DNA from: Dehalococcoides mccartyi
GTDB taxonomy: Bacteria; Chloroflexota; Dehalococcoidia; GIF9; DYGU01
Direction: 5' to 3'
Length of the DNA stretch: 64,000 nucleotides
NCBI GenBank assembly: GCA_020724525.1
Contig: DYGU01000006.1
Span: 13,210-77,209, forward strand
The translations under genes were made by a program, and so were the position numbers. This document shows positions 20,907 through 30,825 of this stretch, piece by piece. Positions within the stretch are counted from its first letter, which is position 1. The number at the start of each line of letters is the position of its first letter. The notes under the pieces were generated by a model. That model searched no databases and had not been told where the DNA came from. It saw only the letters and a list, made by a program, of their open reading frames with translations.

Positions 20907-21934
20907 GTTACGTACTTCTTGCGGATTTGCTCAGAAAGCTCGGATAATAGCTCCAGAGCTTGAATAGCTGCTTCTGGTGACAGGAGTCCAAGTCCGCAAG
21001 AAGGGGTGAGTAGTCCCTGCCTGATGAGTTGCCGAAAAGAAATGCCGTTCCGGGCAAAGAGTACCATAGTCTCTTCAAGGCGGTCACGGAGACTGGCTAC
21101 TGATTCTTTAGCCAGGGCTTCTTCATGATTGGGCACAATCCCCCAGGCTATAGTGCCACCTCGCTTCAGAAAGGATTTTACTTCTGCCGGGTAAAGACTG
21201 AGAGACTCTCCATAGTTATAGGCATCAAAGCTTAATATATCTGTGGTAGTGCCTAAAAGGAGCGACCAGTCAGCACCACCACAACAATGGACGCCTTTAA
21301 GTCCAGATATTCCTGAGAAGACTTCTTCCAGCAAAGTGGTTACTTGCTCATTGGTCACAGCAACAAAAGCTGACCCCAGGGAAGCTAAATAGGGCTCGTC
21401 GACAAAAATAATAGTCTCAACACCAAGCCGTCTCAAACCCTTTTCTTGCCACATGGCTTTTAATTTGAGAAATTTAGCAATGATGTCCGATAAAACATCA
21501 TCATAAAGGACTGCCCGTCGCTCCCGATCAGTAACTGATAGTCCCCAGCTAATGGGTCCGGTAATTTGTCCCTTAACCATTGTCGCTCCTGGAGGTTTTA
21601 TGGTGAGGAAGGCATGGAGTCCAGCAGCATATTCGGCACTTATGGCATACCTTTCAGCATTGTTGTCCAGGTAATCTGTGTACAATTGCTCCAGAGCCTG
21701 GTCGAAATTTGGGGAGCGGTCAACATAGATTTTGTCTTCCTCTACGACTGTACCGGGAAAGCCTTCGCTAAATTGAAGGTACATAATCTCTTTAGGCGAA
21801 CGCTTGGGTAACTGAGCCCAGTGGGGAAGAGCCGGCAAATACTTCATAATTACGGAGTATGCTTCCGCAGGGTCAATATGAGGCATGCTGCCAATACCGG
21901 TAGCTAAGCAACTAAATTCAATTCTTGCTGCCAT
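20903..21934 (-). CDS. MetE-C-terminal-domain-like methyltransferase (core methionine synthase candidate)
   Basis: 343 aa UroD/MetE-fold protein. It sits in a block with metK, ahcY, mtnP and mtnA. The functional call rests on size, fold-level similarity and context. Confidence 0.55.
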   Translation of the reverse strand: MAARIEFSCLATGIGSMPHIDPAEAYSVIMKYLPALPHWAQLPKRSPKEIMYLQFSEGFPGTVVEEDKIYVDRSPNFDQALEQLYTDYLDNNAERYAISAEYAAGLHAFLTIKPPGATMVKGQITGPISWGLSVTDRERRAVLYDDVLSDIIAKFLKLKAMWQEKGLRRLGVETIIFVDEPYLASLGSAFVAVTNEQVTTLLEEVFSGISGLKGVHCCGGADWSLLLGTTTDILSFDAYNYGESLSLYPAEVKSFLKRGGTIAWGIVPNHEEALAKESVASLRDRLEETMVLFARNGISFRQLIRQGLLTPSCGLGLLSPEAAIQALELLSELSEQIRKKYVT

Positions 21935-21940
21935 TCTCTC

Positions 21941-22804
21941 TTATTTAATATATTTCCCAATGAGCAGTGCTAAATCTTTCTTAGCTTTTTCTGGAATAAG
22001 TTTAGGAGAGGTAACAATTGCCTCCTTAAGAGCCGTAGGGCAGGGGCAATTCCGAGGCTCCCCAATTCGTCCTATAGCTCCCCTTAACACCTTTTTGGCA
22101 GCATCCGTGGATTTTTGTAAATTAGCAATAATCATGTCGACAGTCACTGGCTCATAGACATCATACCAGGCATCATAATCGGTAACACAAGCCAAAGTGG
22201 AATAGCAAATTTCAGCTTCGCGAGCCAGCTTAGCTTCAGGTAAAGATGTCATATTAATGATGTCGGCATCCCAGGAACGATGTAGACGTGATTCAGCCCT
22301 TGTCGAGAACTGAGGACCTTCCATAACTACAAGAGTTCCATTTTTGTGTACCTGAACACCGGCTTCTTTGGCTGATTCGTAAAGTATCTGGTTCAGGTCA
22401 GGGCAGAAAGGCTCGGCAAAAGCGACGTGAACCACAAGCCCACCACCGAAGAAGGTGCTGACGCGGTTACGGGTGCGGTCAATAAGCTGGTCTGGAATAA
22501 CCAAGTCTATTGGTCTGAGCTCCTCTTTAAAACTACCTACTGCTGTCACCGAGATAATTCTTTCCACCCCCAGGGATTTTAAGGCATAAATATTAGCCCG
22601 GGACGGTATCTTAGAGGGCAGAATTCTATGTCCCACACCGTGCCGGGGTACAAAGGCTACCCTCACTCCCTCCAGAGTACCAGTCAGTATAACATCGCTC
22701 GGCTCGCCAAAGGGGGTCTTTACTTTCACTTCCTTTGTCTCTGTCAGCCCTTCCATCTGGTAAAGCCCGGTGCCACCGATAATACCAATTTTAGCTTCAG
22801 CCAT
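21941..22804 (-). CDS. mtnP: 5'-methylthioadenosine phosphorylase
   Basis: 287 aa PNP/MTAP family protein (KIGIIGGTGLYQMEGL, phosphate-binding region). Adjacent to mtnA. Confidence 0.85.
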   Translation of the reverse strand: MAEAKIGIIGGTGLYQMEGLTETKEVKVKTPFGEPSDVILTGTLEGVRVAFVPRHGVGHRILPSKIPSRANIYALKSLGVERIISVTAVGSFKEELRPIDLVIPDQLIDRTRNRVSTFFGGGLVVHVAFAEPFCPDLNQILYESAKEAGVQVHKNGTLVVMEGPQFSTRAESRLHRSWDADIINMTSLPEAKLAREAEICYSTLACVTDYDAWYDVYEPVTVDMIIANLQKSTDAAKKVLRGAIGRIGEPRNCPCPTALKEAIVTSPKLIPEKAKKDLALLIGKYIK

Positions 22805-23862
22805 TAAGTTACCTCCTCAACAAGTTTTCTCAATTTGAACTCATAAGGTTCAGTCACTATTCCTTTTTCGGTGATGATAGCCGTTATGTAAAGGTGGGGG
22901 GTTATATCAAAAGCTGGATTAGCTGTTTTTACCCCCTCCGGAGCAATAGGCTTATCCTCAATGTGAGTTACTTCTTTAAAATCCCTTTCTTCAATAGGGA
23001 TTTCATCCCCAGAAGCTATAGAAAGGTCGATAGTACTGGTAGGAGCAGCAACATAGAAGGGGATGCCGTTTTCGGTAGCCAGAACCGCTAAAGTATAAGT
23101 GCCAATCTTATTAGCTACATCGCCATTAGCAGCAATACGGTCAGCTCCGAGGATAACGCAGTTTACTTTGCCTTGGCTCATTAGATAGCCGGCCGCGGAA
23201 TCAACAATTAGGGTCGCTGGAATACCCTCCTGAATAAGTTCCCAGGTAGTAAGGCGGGCTCCCTGGAGGAGAGGGCGGGTCTCGGTAGCTATGACATTAA
23301 TTTTTTTGCCTTGCTTCCAGGCAGCTTTAATTATGCCTAAAGCAGTGCCATAGCTGGCGGTGGCTAAGGAGCCGGTGTTACAATGGGTAAGAATAGTGAA
23401 ACCATTCTCCACTAATTGACTGCCAATCTGGCTCAGGGCTTCACTGGCGGTTTCTTCTTCCCGGTGAATTCTCCTGGCTTCAGCCTGGAGAGCTGTTTTT
23501 ATTAGGTCAATGTCAGTATTTCTTTGGGCTATTTGCTTCATCCTGTTTACAGCTCGGAAAAGGTTAACGGCAGTGGGTCGGGTAGCTTGGAATGTGCTCA
23601 GGATATGATTTAGTTGGCTGTGAAAGTCATCTTTGTTTTTGGTGATAATTTTTTGGGCTCCCAGGGCAATTCCATAGGCAGCGGTAACACCAATAGCTGG
23701 TGCCCCCCGAATTTTCATTTCCTTAATAGCCCGAACCACATCCTCATAGTTACCCAGTTTCAGGAAAACTACTTTTTGAGGTAGTTTGGTCTGGTCGAGG
23801 ATTATAACCTTATCCTTGACGAATTCAATGGGTTTTAGGATCACTTTGTGTTGGCTCCACAA
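22804..23862 (-). CDS. mtnA: methylthioribose-1-phosphate isomerase (eIF-2B alpha/beta/delta family)
   Basis: 352 aa. The ILTHCNTGSLATASYGTALG and VILGADRIAANGDVANKIGTY motifs of the eIF-2B family are present. Confidence 0.8.
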   Translation of the reverse strand: MWSQHKVILKPIEFVKDKVIILDQTKLPQKVVFLKLGNYEDVVRAIKEMKIRGAPAIGVTAAYGIALGAQKIITKNKDDFHSQLNHILSTFQATRPTAVNLFRAVNRMKQIAQRNTDIDLIKTALQAEARRIHREEETASEALSQIGSQLVENGFTILTHCNTGSLATASYGTALGIIKAAWKQGKKINVIATETRPLLQGARLTTWELIQEGIPATLIVDSAAGYLMSQGKVNCVILGADRIAANGDVANKIGTYTLAVLATENGIPFYVAAPTSTIDLSIASGDEIPIEERDFKEVTHIEDKPIAPEGVKTANPAFDITPHLYITAIITEKGIVTEPYEFKLRKLVEEVT

Positions 23863-23881
23863 TTAATTACCCCAAGGTTAA

Positions 23882-25699
23882 TCAATCATTTTTTGGATCT
23901 GGGTCCCCACATCGAAGATTTGGTGCGGTGATAATTAAGCTAACAATTTTATTCTCCCGAATATCTACCAGTCCTGACTCGCAGATACGGAGAAAAGGTA
24001 TTGCAGCAGTGGTTAGGATAGTTAAAGTCAGGTGAGCATCGGGAAAAGGCATACTTAAATCCCTGGCTTTTTGCTGTATTTCAGCCATTTTGTCAACGAT
24101 TGCTTCCATGGGTAAATCTGATACCCCCCCACCTATAGGTAAAGGCAATTCTGCCAGGATTTTCCCCTCGGCATATATTACTATCCCACCTTGTAACTCG
24201 AAAATCCTATTTACGGCTTGTGCCATGTCCCCCTCATTGGTGCCGACAACAATTATTCCGGGTAGATCCCAGGTAGCACTGGAGGCAAAGGCACCTTTAG
24301 TCATTTTAAACCCTTTGATAAAACCGGTAAACATCTTTCCCCGTCCATCAAATCGGTCAATAACGGCTACTTTGATGAGGTCCCGTCTAATGTCCGACTC
24401 CAGCCGACTTTGCCGGGGGACAATAGTTACTTGTTCTTCCCTGGTTACTAAGTCGGTTACTTGATTTATAACTCTTACTGTAACTGGTGTCTCCTTTTCT
24501 TGGGTAAGGATAGTGAAATCGGCTGGTTCGAGCTTTCTGAGGAGGCGAATAGTCTGTCTAAAGCTTCTGGGAAAGGCGATTTTTTGGGGAGGGACTAAGG
24601 TTTTTTGATTTTGAGCCACAATTTTGCCGTTACTGATGACTAATTCGGGACGGATAGTTTTCAGATTAGGAATAATGACTATATCAGCCAGTTTGCCGGG
24701 AGCGATCCCCCCCACAAGGGTATCCAGAGAGAAATGTTCGGCGGCATTTATAGTCACCATTTGTATAGCTATAAGGGGGTCAAAGCCGAGGTCAATGGCT
24801 TTCTGGACAATTTGGTCCATATATCCTTCCTTTAGTAGGGCTCCAGGGCTAATGCCGTCACTAACTAATATGAGACGCCTAAAATCTATGGGTTCTTTTT
24901 TTATTTTAGCGATGGTTGACAGGTCCTTACGGACAGCTCCTTCCCTGACCATAACATAAATCCCCAGCCTCAGTCTGTCTATAACTTCGTCGGCGGTTAT
25001 TGGCTCGTGACAAGATGATACCCCAGTAGCCAGGTAGGATATGAGCTTGTCGTTTCTGGCACCGGCGGTGTGTCCTTCGGCTATTTTCCCAATAGCTAAC
25101 GTCTCGACTATGAGGCTTATTACTCTTTCCTCTTTTTTCACCACCGACAGCCAATAACTTTCTCCCAAACCGACAACCCTGTCTTTTTTGAGAAATTTTC
25201 GCAAAGCCTGAGGTGATAAAGCATATTTACCTGTCTCTGGGCTGATAGTAACCGCAGGCGGCACAGTAACAAAGATTTTCACAGGTTGGTTGTCAAAAGC
25301 TTTAAGATAAGGTAGTAAGGCGGAATAGCCCAGGACGGTGACTGGTTCTATGCCTTCAGTGATTACTGTAGTAGTGCCGGTTTTCAGGGCATGTTTCACA
25401 AATTCAGCTACATTAAATAACCAGAGGATGTGAGTGTGGGCATCGATAAGACCGGGAATAATTGTTTTTCCTTGAGCCTCAATAATTTTAGTTTCTGGTC
25501 CGATAGTATGGGACACATCCTTACCTACATAGGCTATCCTTTCCCCCTTAGTAGCTATGGAGTAGCCGGGCATTATTTCTCGGGCATACACATTAACCAC
25601 ATCCCCACCCAGAACCACCATATCGGCTTTTATTTCGCCTAAAGCTGTGTCCATTAACCTTTTTATCTGCTCCGAGTTCATAGAGTAAGGTAGAGCCAT
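23882..25699 (-). CDS. ade: adenine deaminase
   Basis: 605 aa amidohydrolase. The GLIDAHTHI metal-binding motif is present and the length fits Ade. Confidence 0.8.
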   Translation of the reverse strand: MALPYSMNSEQIKRLMDTALGEIKADMVVLGGDVVNVYAREIMPGYSIATKGERIAYVGKDVSHTIGPETKIIEAQGKTIIPGLIDAHTHILWLFNVAEFVKHALKTGTTTVITEGIEPVTVLGYSALLPYLKAFDNQPVKIFVTVPPAVTISPETGKYALSPQALRKFLKKDRVVGLGESYWLSVVKKEERVISLIVETLAIGKIAEGHTAGARNDKLISYLATGVSSCHEPITADEVIDRLRLGIYVMVREGAVRKDLSTIAKIKKEPIDFRRLILVSDGISPGALLKEGYMDQIVQKAIDLGFDPLIAIQMVTINAAEHFSLDTLVGGIAPGKLADIVIIPNLKTIRPELVISNGKIVAQNQKTLVPPQKIAFPRSFRQTIRLLRKLEPADFTILTQEKETPVTVRVINQVTDLVTREEQVTIVPRQSRLESDIRRDLIKVAVIDRFDGRGKMFTGFIKGFKMTKGAFASSATWDLPGIIVVGTNEGDMAQAVNRIFELQGGIVIYAEGKILAELPLPIGGGVSDLPMEAIVDKMAEIQQKARDLSMPFPDAHLTLTILTTAAIPFLRICESGLVDIRENKIVSLIITAPNLRCGDPDPKND

Positions 25700-25769
25700 T
25701 CAAAACCTCCTCGTCTTGTAATTAAGCACGCTTACTCAACAAGATATTGTTCAGCAATTGTCCAGTTGT

Positions 25770-25850
25770 CATTGCGAGCGAAGGACACCCCACAAAAGTC
25801 GAAACCTTCCCTGCGGGTTGACGAGAGTGAATACATCAATGGAGAGAACA
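25770..25850. repeat. partial copy of intergenic repeat family B (gtcattgcgag... element)
   Basis: tgtcattgcgagcgaaggacaccccacaaaagtcgaaacc shares the gtcattgcgag and ccacaaaa modules with the 38118..38300 element. Confidence 0.45.
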
Positions 25851-25878
25851 GTGAAAAATTGGTTTAGCTACCAAAGTT

Positions 25879-26163
25879 TTAGCTCTTTTGGCTCATATTT
25901 GAAACAATCCTGGCTGTCTTTTCTGGGATTCTTTCAATCAGCTCGGCAATTTTGGCAGTCCTTTCATCCATTCTTTCAAGCAGTTTTACTACTTCCTGAT
26001 GTCTCAATTCTGCTCTTTCATCCATTTTGGCAATTCTTTCATCCAGGTGTAACATCCTTTCATCCATTTTGGCAATAGCTTGCCTCATCAATTTTCCATT
26101 ATTCCAGGCTAAATAAGCAATCACAATTGAAAGCAAGGTAATAGCAAACCCGAAGATTTCCAT
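25879..26163 (-). CDS. small single-pass membrane protein with coiled-coil repeats (paralog 2 of 4)
   Basis: 94 aa with an N-terminal TM helix (FGFAITLLSIVIAYLAW). It is followed by AKMDER-type repeats (QAIAKMDERMLHLDERIAKMDERAELRHQEVVKLLERMDERTAKIAELIERI). Confidence 0.5.
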   Translation of the reverse strand: MEIFGFAITLLSIVIAYLAWNNGKLMRQAIAKMDERMLHLDERIAKMDERAELRHQEVVKLLERMDERTAKIAELIERIPEKTARIVSNMSQKS

Positions 26164-26261
26164 TACATCCCCCTTTGTCTCTAATGTTAAATTTTTAGCT
26201 CCTATATCTTAACAATATCTTTATTTCAAGATTTGGTCAAGAGCCGAGGACATATTGAAAG

Positions 26262-26340
26262 ATTGTTTATTTTGTCACCCTTCCTCAGGAAGGGTTTCTC
26301 CGCCTTGTTCAGGATGGTGGATAAGCATTGGTAAACAACC
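26262..26340 (-). repeat. intergenic repeat family A copy (reverse orientation, variant hairpin ccttcctcaggaagg)
   Basis: ttgtttattttgtcaccc...gggtttctccgccttgttcaggatggtggataagcattggtaaacaa is the reverse complement of the 20024 copy, with a substituted palindrome. Confidence 0.65.
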
Positions 26341-26737
26341 GAGCCTTGTGGGCGAAGAATCTCTATAATTGAATTCCACGACGAAGATAGACTAATACCA
26401 CCTGAAAATTGTATTATAAATTTTGGGTCACTTGAAAACGGAGTTTTATACAGAATCAAAAGGGTTAGTTTAAAAATGTCGTCGCGAGGCTAAAGCCTCG
26501 CCCGAAGCGACCCTAAAGGGTTGCGCTACAAAAACTTGGGGGTGAAAGGCGTTTAGGGTGCTTAAAAATAAACCTGAAATCAAGATTAAACAACCCGCAG
26601 ATATTAAGGGGATTAGCTCCAACTCAGCTAACCCCCTTGGTAGGTTATTCTCCTAATATTTCAAGAAGCACCCTTTTTGCGCAGGGCTTGGCGCCGAGCT
26701 GATAACTTTGCCAGTTTCTGCTTGATAGAGTCTTCCA

Positions 26738-27343
26738 TTATTTGGTGGAACTCACCTCAGCCAGGGCATAATGAGGAGGAAGTATCCCTGTAGGACATAG
26801 AGAGAAGCACTCCCTACACCCAGTGCATTCCTTGCGGGCAATTTTGGGGAAAAACACTACCTCCCGTTGTGTTCCTCTTCCAATGAAACCAATAGCGTGC
26901 TTCTTCTTTATCTCAGCGCAGTAACGCACACATAACCCGCAAAGAATGCAGAAAGTTGGCTCCGTCTCAAACCTTGTTTTTATTTCATATCCTATTACAA
27001 ATTCCCTAATTGTTCGGACGCCAGTTATATCATACCTCATCCCGTACTCCCTTAAGGGTGCGATTCCAGGAGCACGAGCCCACATTAGCTCTAAAAGTAT
27101 CTTACGAATCTTGCTTAATCGATTAGTTTCTGTCTTTACTACAAGCCCATCTTCAGCTGGATAACAGTAAGAAGCTACTAATCGGGAGTGTTGTTCCCGA
27201 ACTATTTCCACAGTGCACAATCGGCACGCACCATAGGGAGCCAATTTTTCATGATGGCAGAGGGTAGGAATGTCAATTCCAACAGTTCGTGCTGCCTCAA
27301 GAAGAGTCATCCCTTCCTTAGCTTTGACTTTTTTTCCTGTCAA
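26738..27343 (-). CDS. 2Fe-2S plus multi-4Fe-4S ferredoxin-domain protein (NuoG/HndC N-terminal-module-like, no catalytic domain)
   Basis: 201 aa. It carries the Cys cluster C-x10-C-x2-C (2Fe-2S), a HxxxC..C His-ligated 4Fe-4S, and the CILCGLCVRYC and CTGCRECFSLCP ferredoxin motifs. It is the last gene of the NuoE/NuoF-like operon. Confidence 0.7.
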   Translation of the reverse strand: MTGKKVKAKEGMTLLEAARTVGIDIPTLCHHEKLAPYGACRLCTVEIVREQHSRLVASYCYPAEDGLVVKTETNRLSKIRKILLELMWARAPGIAPLREYGMRYDITGVRTIREFVIGYEIKTRFETEPTFCILCGLCVRYCAEIKKKHAIGFIGRGTQREVVFFPKIARKECTGCRECFSLCPTGILPPHYALAEVSSTK

Positions 27344-27369
27344 TAATTAAATTGATTGTGCTCATTTTT

Positions 27370-29290
27370 CTACCCTCGCTTTCGTATTACTTGTGTGCCT
27401 AATGGAACTGGCTCAGGTATTTTTGTACTTGGAAGCTTAACTACGGCACCAAAGCGGGGAGGACAAACTTCAAGGCAGGTACCACAGTTGGTACATTTAT
27501 TCTGGTCTATAATATGGACTAAGCTCTTACCACCATTAATAGCCTCCACTGGACAGTCCCGGAAGCAAATAAGGCAAGCCTGGCACTGGCTGGGTTCAAT
27601 ATAGTAGGCTATCAACCCTTTACAAACGCCAGCTGGACAATACTTTTCTCTTATGTGTGCTTCATACTCGTCTCTAAAGTATTTAATTGAAGTCAGCACA
27701 GGATTAGCGGCTGTAGTCCCTAAAGCGCAAAGGGAAGCGTCGGTGAGCACCTCGGCAATCTCTTCCAGTAAACCAATATCTTCTTCTTTCCCTTCTCCCC
27801 GGCGAATCCTATCTAAAACTTTGAGCATCTGGTATATTCCTTCCCGACAGGGGACACACTTACCACAAGACTCCTCGGTAAGAAAATTTAAGAAGTAACG
27901 TGCCGTATCCACCATGCAAGTGTCCTCATCCATTACTATCATCCCACCAGAACCCGTCATGGAGCCGAGTTTGGAGAGTTCATCAAAGTCAACCGGGGTA
28001 TCCAGGAATTGTTCTGGGATTACTCCACCGGAAGGTCCACCTGTTTGAACTGCTTTAAACTTTTTGCCTTCACGAATTCCGCCACCGATTTTGTAAATGA
28101 TATCTCTCAGGGTTATCCCCATCGGCACTTCTACAAGTCCGGTATTATTTACTTTGCCTACAAGTGAGAATATCTTTGTTCCTTTACTTCCCTCGGTGCC
28201 AAGGGACCTAAACCAATCAGCACCGTTGTTAATAATCAGCGGGACATTTGCCCAGGTTTCCACATTATTGAGGTTGGAAGGCTTTTCCCAAATTCCCTTG
28301 ACTTGCAGTGCGGATGTATTTTGGTCTCGGCTCGCCTACTTTTCCTTCTATCGCTGTCATGAGTGCGCTTGATTCACCAGAGACAAAGGCTCCAGCACCC
28401 CGATGAATAGTGACCTTAAAGTTAAAGCCGGAGCCGAGAATATCTTCTCCTAAAAACCCATATTCTTCAGCTTGCTTTAGGGCAATTTCTAAGTTTTCCA
28501 CAGCCAGAGGATACTCTTGCCGCACATAAACGAATCCCTGGTGCGAACCAATAGCATAAGCTCCGATGATTAAGCCCTCAAGCACACTGTGTGGGTTTTC
28601 CTCCATAAGGCCCCGATCCATATAAGCACCAGGGTCTCCTTCATCACAGTTAACAATAACATATTTAGGTTCTCCTGGAGCCTTGCGGCAGGTTTTCCAT
28701 TTCCTTCCGGCAGGGAACCCTCCGCCACCTCTACCCCTAAGGTCCGCCCTGTCCACTTCGGCTAAAACCTCCTCCGGGGTCATCTCAAAGAGGGCTTTGG
28801 TTAATGCCCGATATCCTCCAAGAGCAATGTAGTCCTCTATACTCTTCGGATTAAGTTTAGAATTATTAGCAAAAATAATCTGGGTCTGATATTTATAAAA
28901 GGGGATTTCGTGTTTATAAACTATCTTTTCGCCCGTGGTAGGGTCAATATAAAGCAGTCTGTCACTAACCTCCTCTTTAGCTGTCCTGTCCACGATTTCT
29001 GGTATATCCTCTGGTTTCACATTGCAGTAACCTGTCCCTTTGGGGGAAACTACGACTATCGGTTCTTTTTCACAAAATCCATGGCAGCCAGTGCTCCTAA
29101 AATCTATCTTTTACTCCAAGCCTTTCTTTGTGAGTTCTTCTATAAAAGCAGCGGCAACTTCCTGGCTCCCATAGGCAAGGCAACCAGTGCCACTACAGAG
29201 GGAAATGCAAAGTTTGTTCGGGTCCCTTTTTAATAAAATATCCTTTCTAAATTCTTCAAGCTCTTTTGGTGATGAAAACCGCTTAGTCAC
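27370..29290 (-). pseudogene. NuoF/HymB-like NAD(P)H-binding 51-kDa-type subunit, interrupted by an in-frame TAA and a +1 frameshift
   Basis: Hand translation from GTG 29290 gives a thioredoxin-like 2Fe-2S domain (CISLCSGTGCLAYGS ... TGCHGFCEKEP). An in-frame TAA splits it at 29111..29113. The FMN/NADH domain follows (GRGGGGFPAGRKWK). The reading frame then shifts by +1 near 28285..28300: ...[12 protein letters not shown] is in one frame and [18 protein letters not shown] in the next. It continues to the [10 protein letters not shown] and [12 protein letters not shown] Fe-S motifs. The track shows this as two ORFs, 28265..29020 and 27370..28263. Confidence 0.7.
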
Positions 29291-29767
29291 TTATTCCTCC
29301 TGACCATAGCTTTGGAGAATCTCTCCTACTTTGGAAACCGAGAGTTTGCCGTGATACTTCCTACCCACCACCATCACCGGTCCCAAAGCACAACAACCAA
29401 GACAATTGACGCTTTTCAAACTGAATTTCAGGTCCGGTGTTGTACCACCTGGAGATATGCCAAGAAATTGCTGGGCTCGTTCCAGTATATGCGGCGAACC
29501 ACGAACATGACACGCGGTACCCAAGCAGACAGTAACTTGATGGCGCCCTCGTGGTATCAGGCTAAAAGCTTTGTAGAAGGTAGCTATATGATAAATTTGG
29601 GTCAGAGGAACACTAAGCCTCTCGCTGAAGTGTATTAGAGCATCTTTAGACAACCACCGGTTTTCTCGTTGAACATGGAGGAGCACTTGAATTAGGAACG
29701 CCTTGTCAGCTCCATATTTATTTATAATTTCATCAATTTTGGTAAGCTCTAACACCATTTCCATCAC
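29291..29767 (-). CDS. NuoE/HymA-like thioredoxin-fold 2Fe-2S subunit (24-kDa-type)
   Basis: 158 aa with the CLGTACHVRG...CLGCCALGP Cys pattern of NuoE. It sits directly upstream of the nuoF-like gene. Confidence 0.85.
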   Translation of the reverse strand: MMEMVLELTKIDEIINKYGADKAFLIQVLLHVQRENRWLSKDALIHFSERLSVPLTQIYHIATFYKAFSLIPRGRHQVTVCLGTACHVRGSPHILERAQQFLGISPGGTTPDLKFSLKSVNCLGCCALGPVMVVGRKYHGKLSVSKVGEILQSYGQEE

Positions 29768-29779
29768 CTCTTTAGCTCT

Positions 29780-30766
29780 TTAAAACCCTTTCTGTCCAGT
29801 AACTCCACCACCAGCTTTGCCCCTTTTTTTGGCTAAAGCCTCATGTCTGGCAACTAACTTGGCTTGGCGTTTAGCTAACTTCACCCAAAAAGCATCTTCC
29901 ATCGTTTGACCGAATTCGCAGTTGGCACAGTGGAAAGCTCGGGAGCAGAGACGGTAAGAGATGTCACCTTTAAGAGCATAGCGGCAAAGTCTCTGGTTTC
30001 CGGGCAATGCCTTTAGCCTTTCTAAGGCAGCGGCAATTTCTGGTGACTCACCGGCAGTCTGCATCTGCTGGTCAAATTCGCAGGTAAGACAATCGTAATC
30101 CTTAGTGCATACCCGGTAAGAAACAACACCCATCTTCATCCAGACGCAGGGCTTAGCGACTTCCGTAGCCGTTACTTCAATTGCTGGTGCTGCCGCTTCT
30201 GTTTTTGCCTTCCGGATCCAGACCCTCGCCGCCAGGTTACCTGGTGCCATCTCCAGTATCCTCTCAAATTCCGCTATTGCTGCCGAATAGTCCCCCTCCT
30301 TGAAGAAGTCCTGACCTAAGGACAGGTACGTGGCAATCTCCTCTTCCAGTTTGCTCACTTCATCTTTCTTCTCCTCCATAATCACTTCTGGGGCAGCCAT
30401 TGGCTTAGCTTCAAGGACTTCCCTGATTAGTTGCTCCAGAGACTCAGGGGCAAATGGTTTAACCAGATAATCTATAGCTCCAGCTTTGGCGGCTTCTACC
30501 GCTGTTTCCACAGACGGATAAGCAGTAATAATGATTGCCTTTAAGGTTGGAATTTGCTCTTTAGCTTCCTTTAAGACCTGGATACCGTCTTTGCCAGGAA
30601 GTTTAAGGTCAAGGACGGCAACACCGCACTCCTGTTTTTTAATTATTTCCAGAGCCTGTTCTCCATCCTCAACAGCAACCACTTCCTGCCCCTCACTCGT
30701 TAGCCAGTCTCTTAATGACTCCCTGACGATGGTTTCATCTTCCACTAACAAAATGGGTTTTGTCAT
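29780..30766 (-). CDS. response regulator: REC domain + helical/TPR-like linker + tandem C-x5-C-x2-C Cys-rich output domain
   Basis: The N-terminal REC has the phospho-acceptor context (VLDLKLPGKDG). The C-terminal half contains two repeats: YRVCTKDYDCLTCEFDQQMQ and YRLCSRAFHCANCEFGQTMED. There is no HTH. It is the first gene of the operon with the nuoE/nuoF-like genes, downstream of a sigma-54-type promoter. Confidence 0.7.
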   Translation of the reverse strand: MTKPILLVEDETIVRESLRDWLTSEGQEVVAVEDGEQALEIIKKQECGVAVLDLKLPGKDGIQVLKEAKEQIPTLKAIIITAYPSVETAVEAAKAGAIDYLVKPFAPESLEQLIREVLEAKPMAAPEVIMEEKKDEVSKLEEEIATYLSLGQDFFKEGDYSAAIAEFERILEMAPGNLAARVWIRKAKTEAAAPAIEVTATEVAKPCVWMKMGVVSYRVCTKDYDCLTCEFDQQMQTAGESPEIAAALERLKALPGNQRLCRYALKGDISYRLCSRAFHCANCEFGQTMEDAFWVKLAKRQAKLVARHEALAKKRGKAGGGVTGQKGF

Positions 30767-30805
30767 TTCTATTACCTCCTCCTTTTTGTCTTCACCTTGA
30801 ATAGT

Positions 30806-30821
30806 CGCAATTTTCGTGCCA
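30806..30821 (-). promoter_or_regulatory. candidate sigma-54 (-24/-12) promoter TGGCAC-N5-TTGC
   Basis: The minus strand reads TTGGCACGAAAATTGCG. It has GG at -24, GC at -12 and an exact 5-nt spacer. The Cys-rich response regulator start codon lies ~40 nt downstream. rpoN and an NtrC-type activator are encoded immediately upstream. Confidence 0.5.
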
Positions 30822-30825
30822 AAAC

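Noticed and set aside
24090-24959. Two plus-strand ORFs (124 and 111 aa) inside the adenine deaminase gene
   Set aside because: They are antisense to a well-supported 605-aa amidohydrolase. They have no motifs and no start context.
25758-26078. 106-aa plus-strand ORF overlapping coiled-coil paralog 2
   Set aside because: It is antisense to the minus-strand mini-gene. The minus-strand product shares TM-plus-repeat architecture with three paralogs, so that strand is preferred.
26226-26459. 77-aa minus-strand ORF
   Set aside because: It lies across a family A repeat copy and intergenic DNA. It has no start context and is likely a non-coding repeat region.
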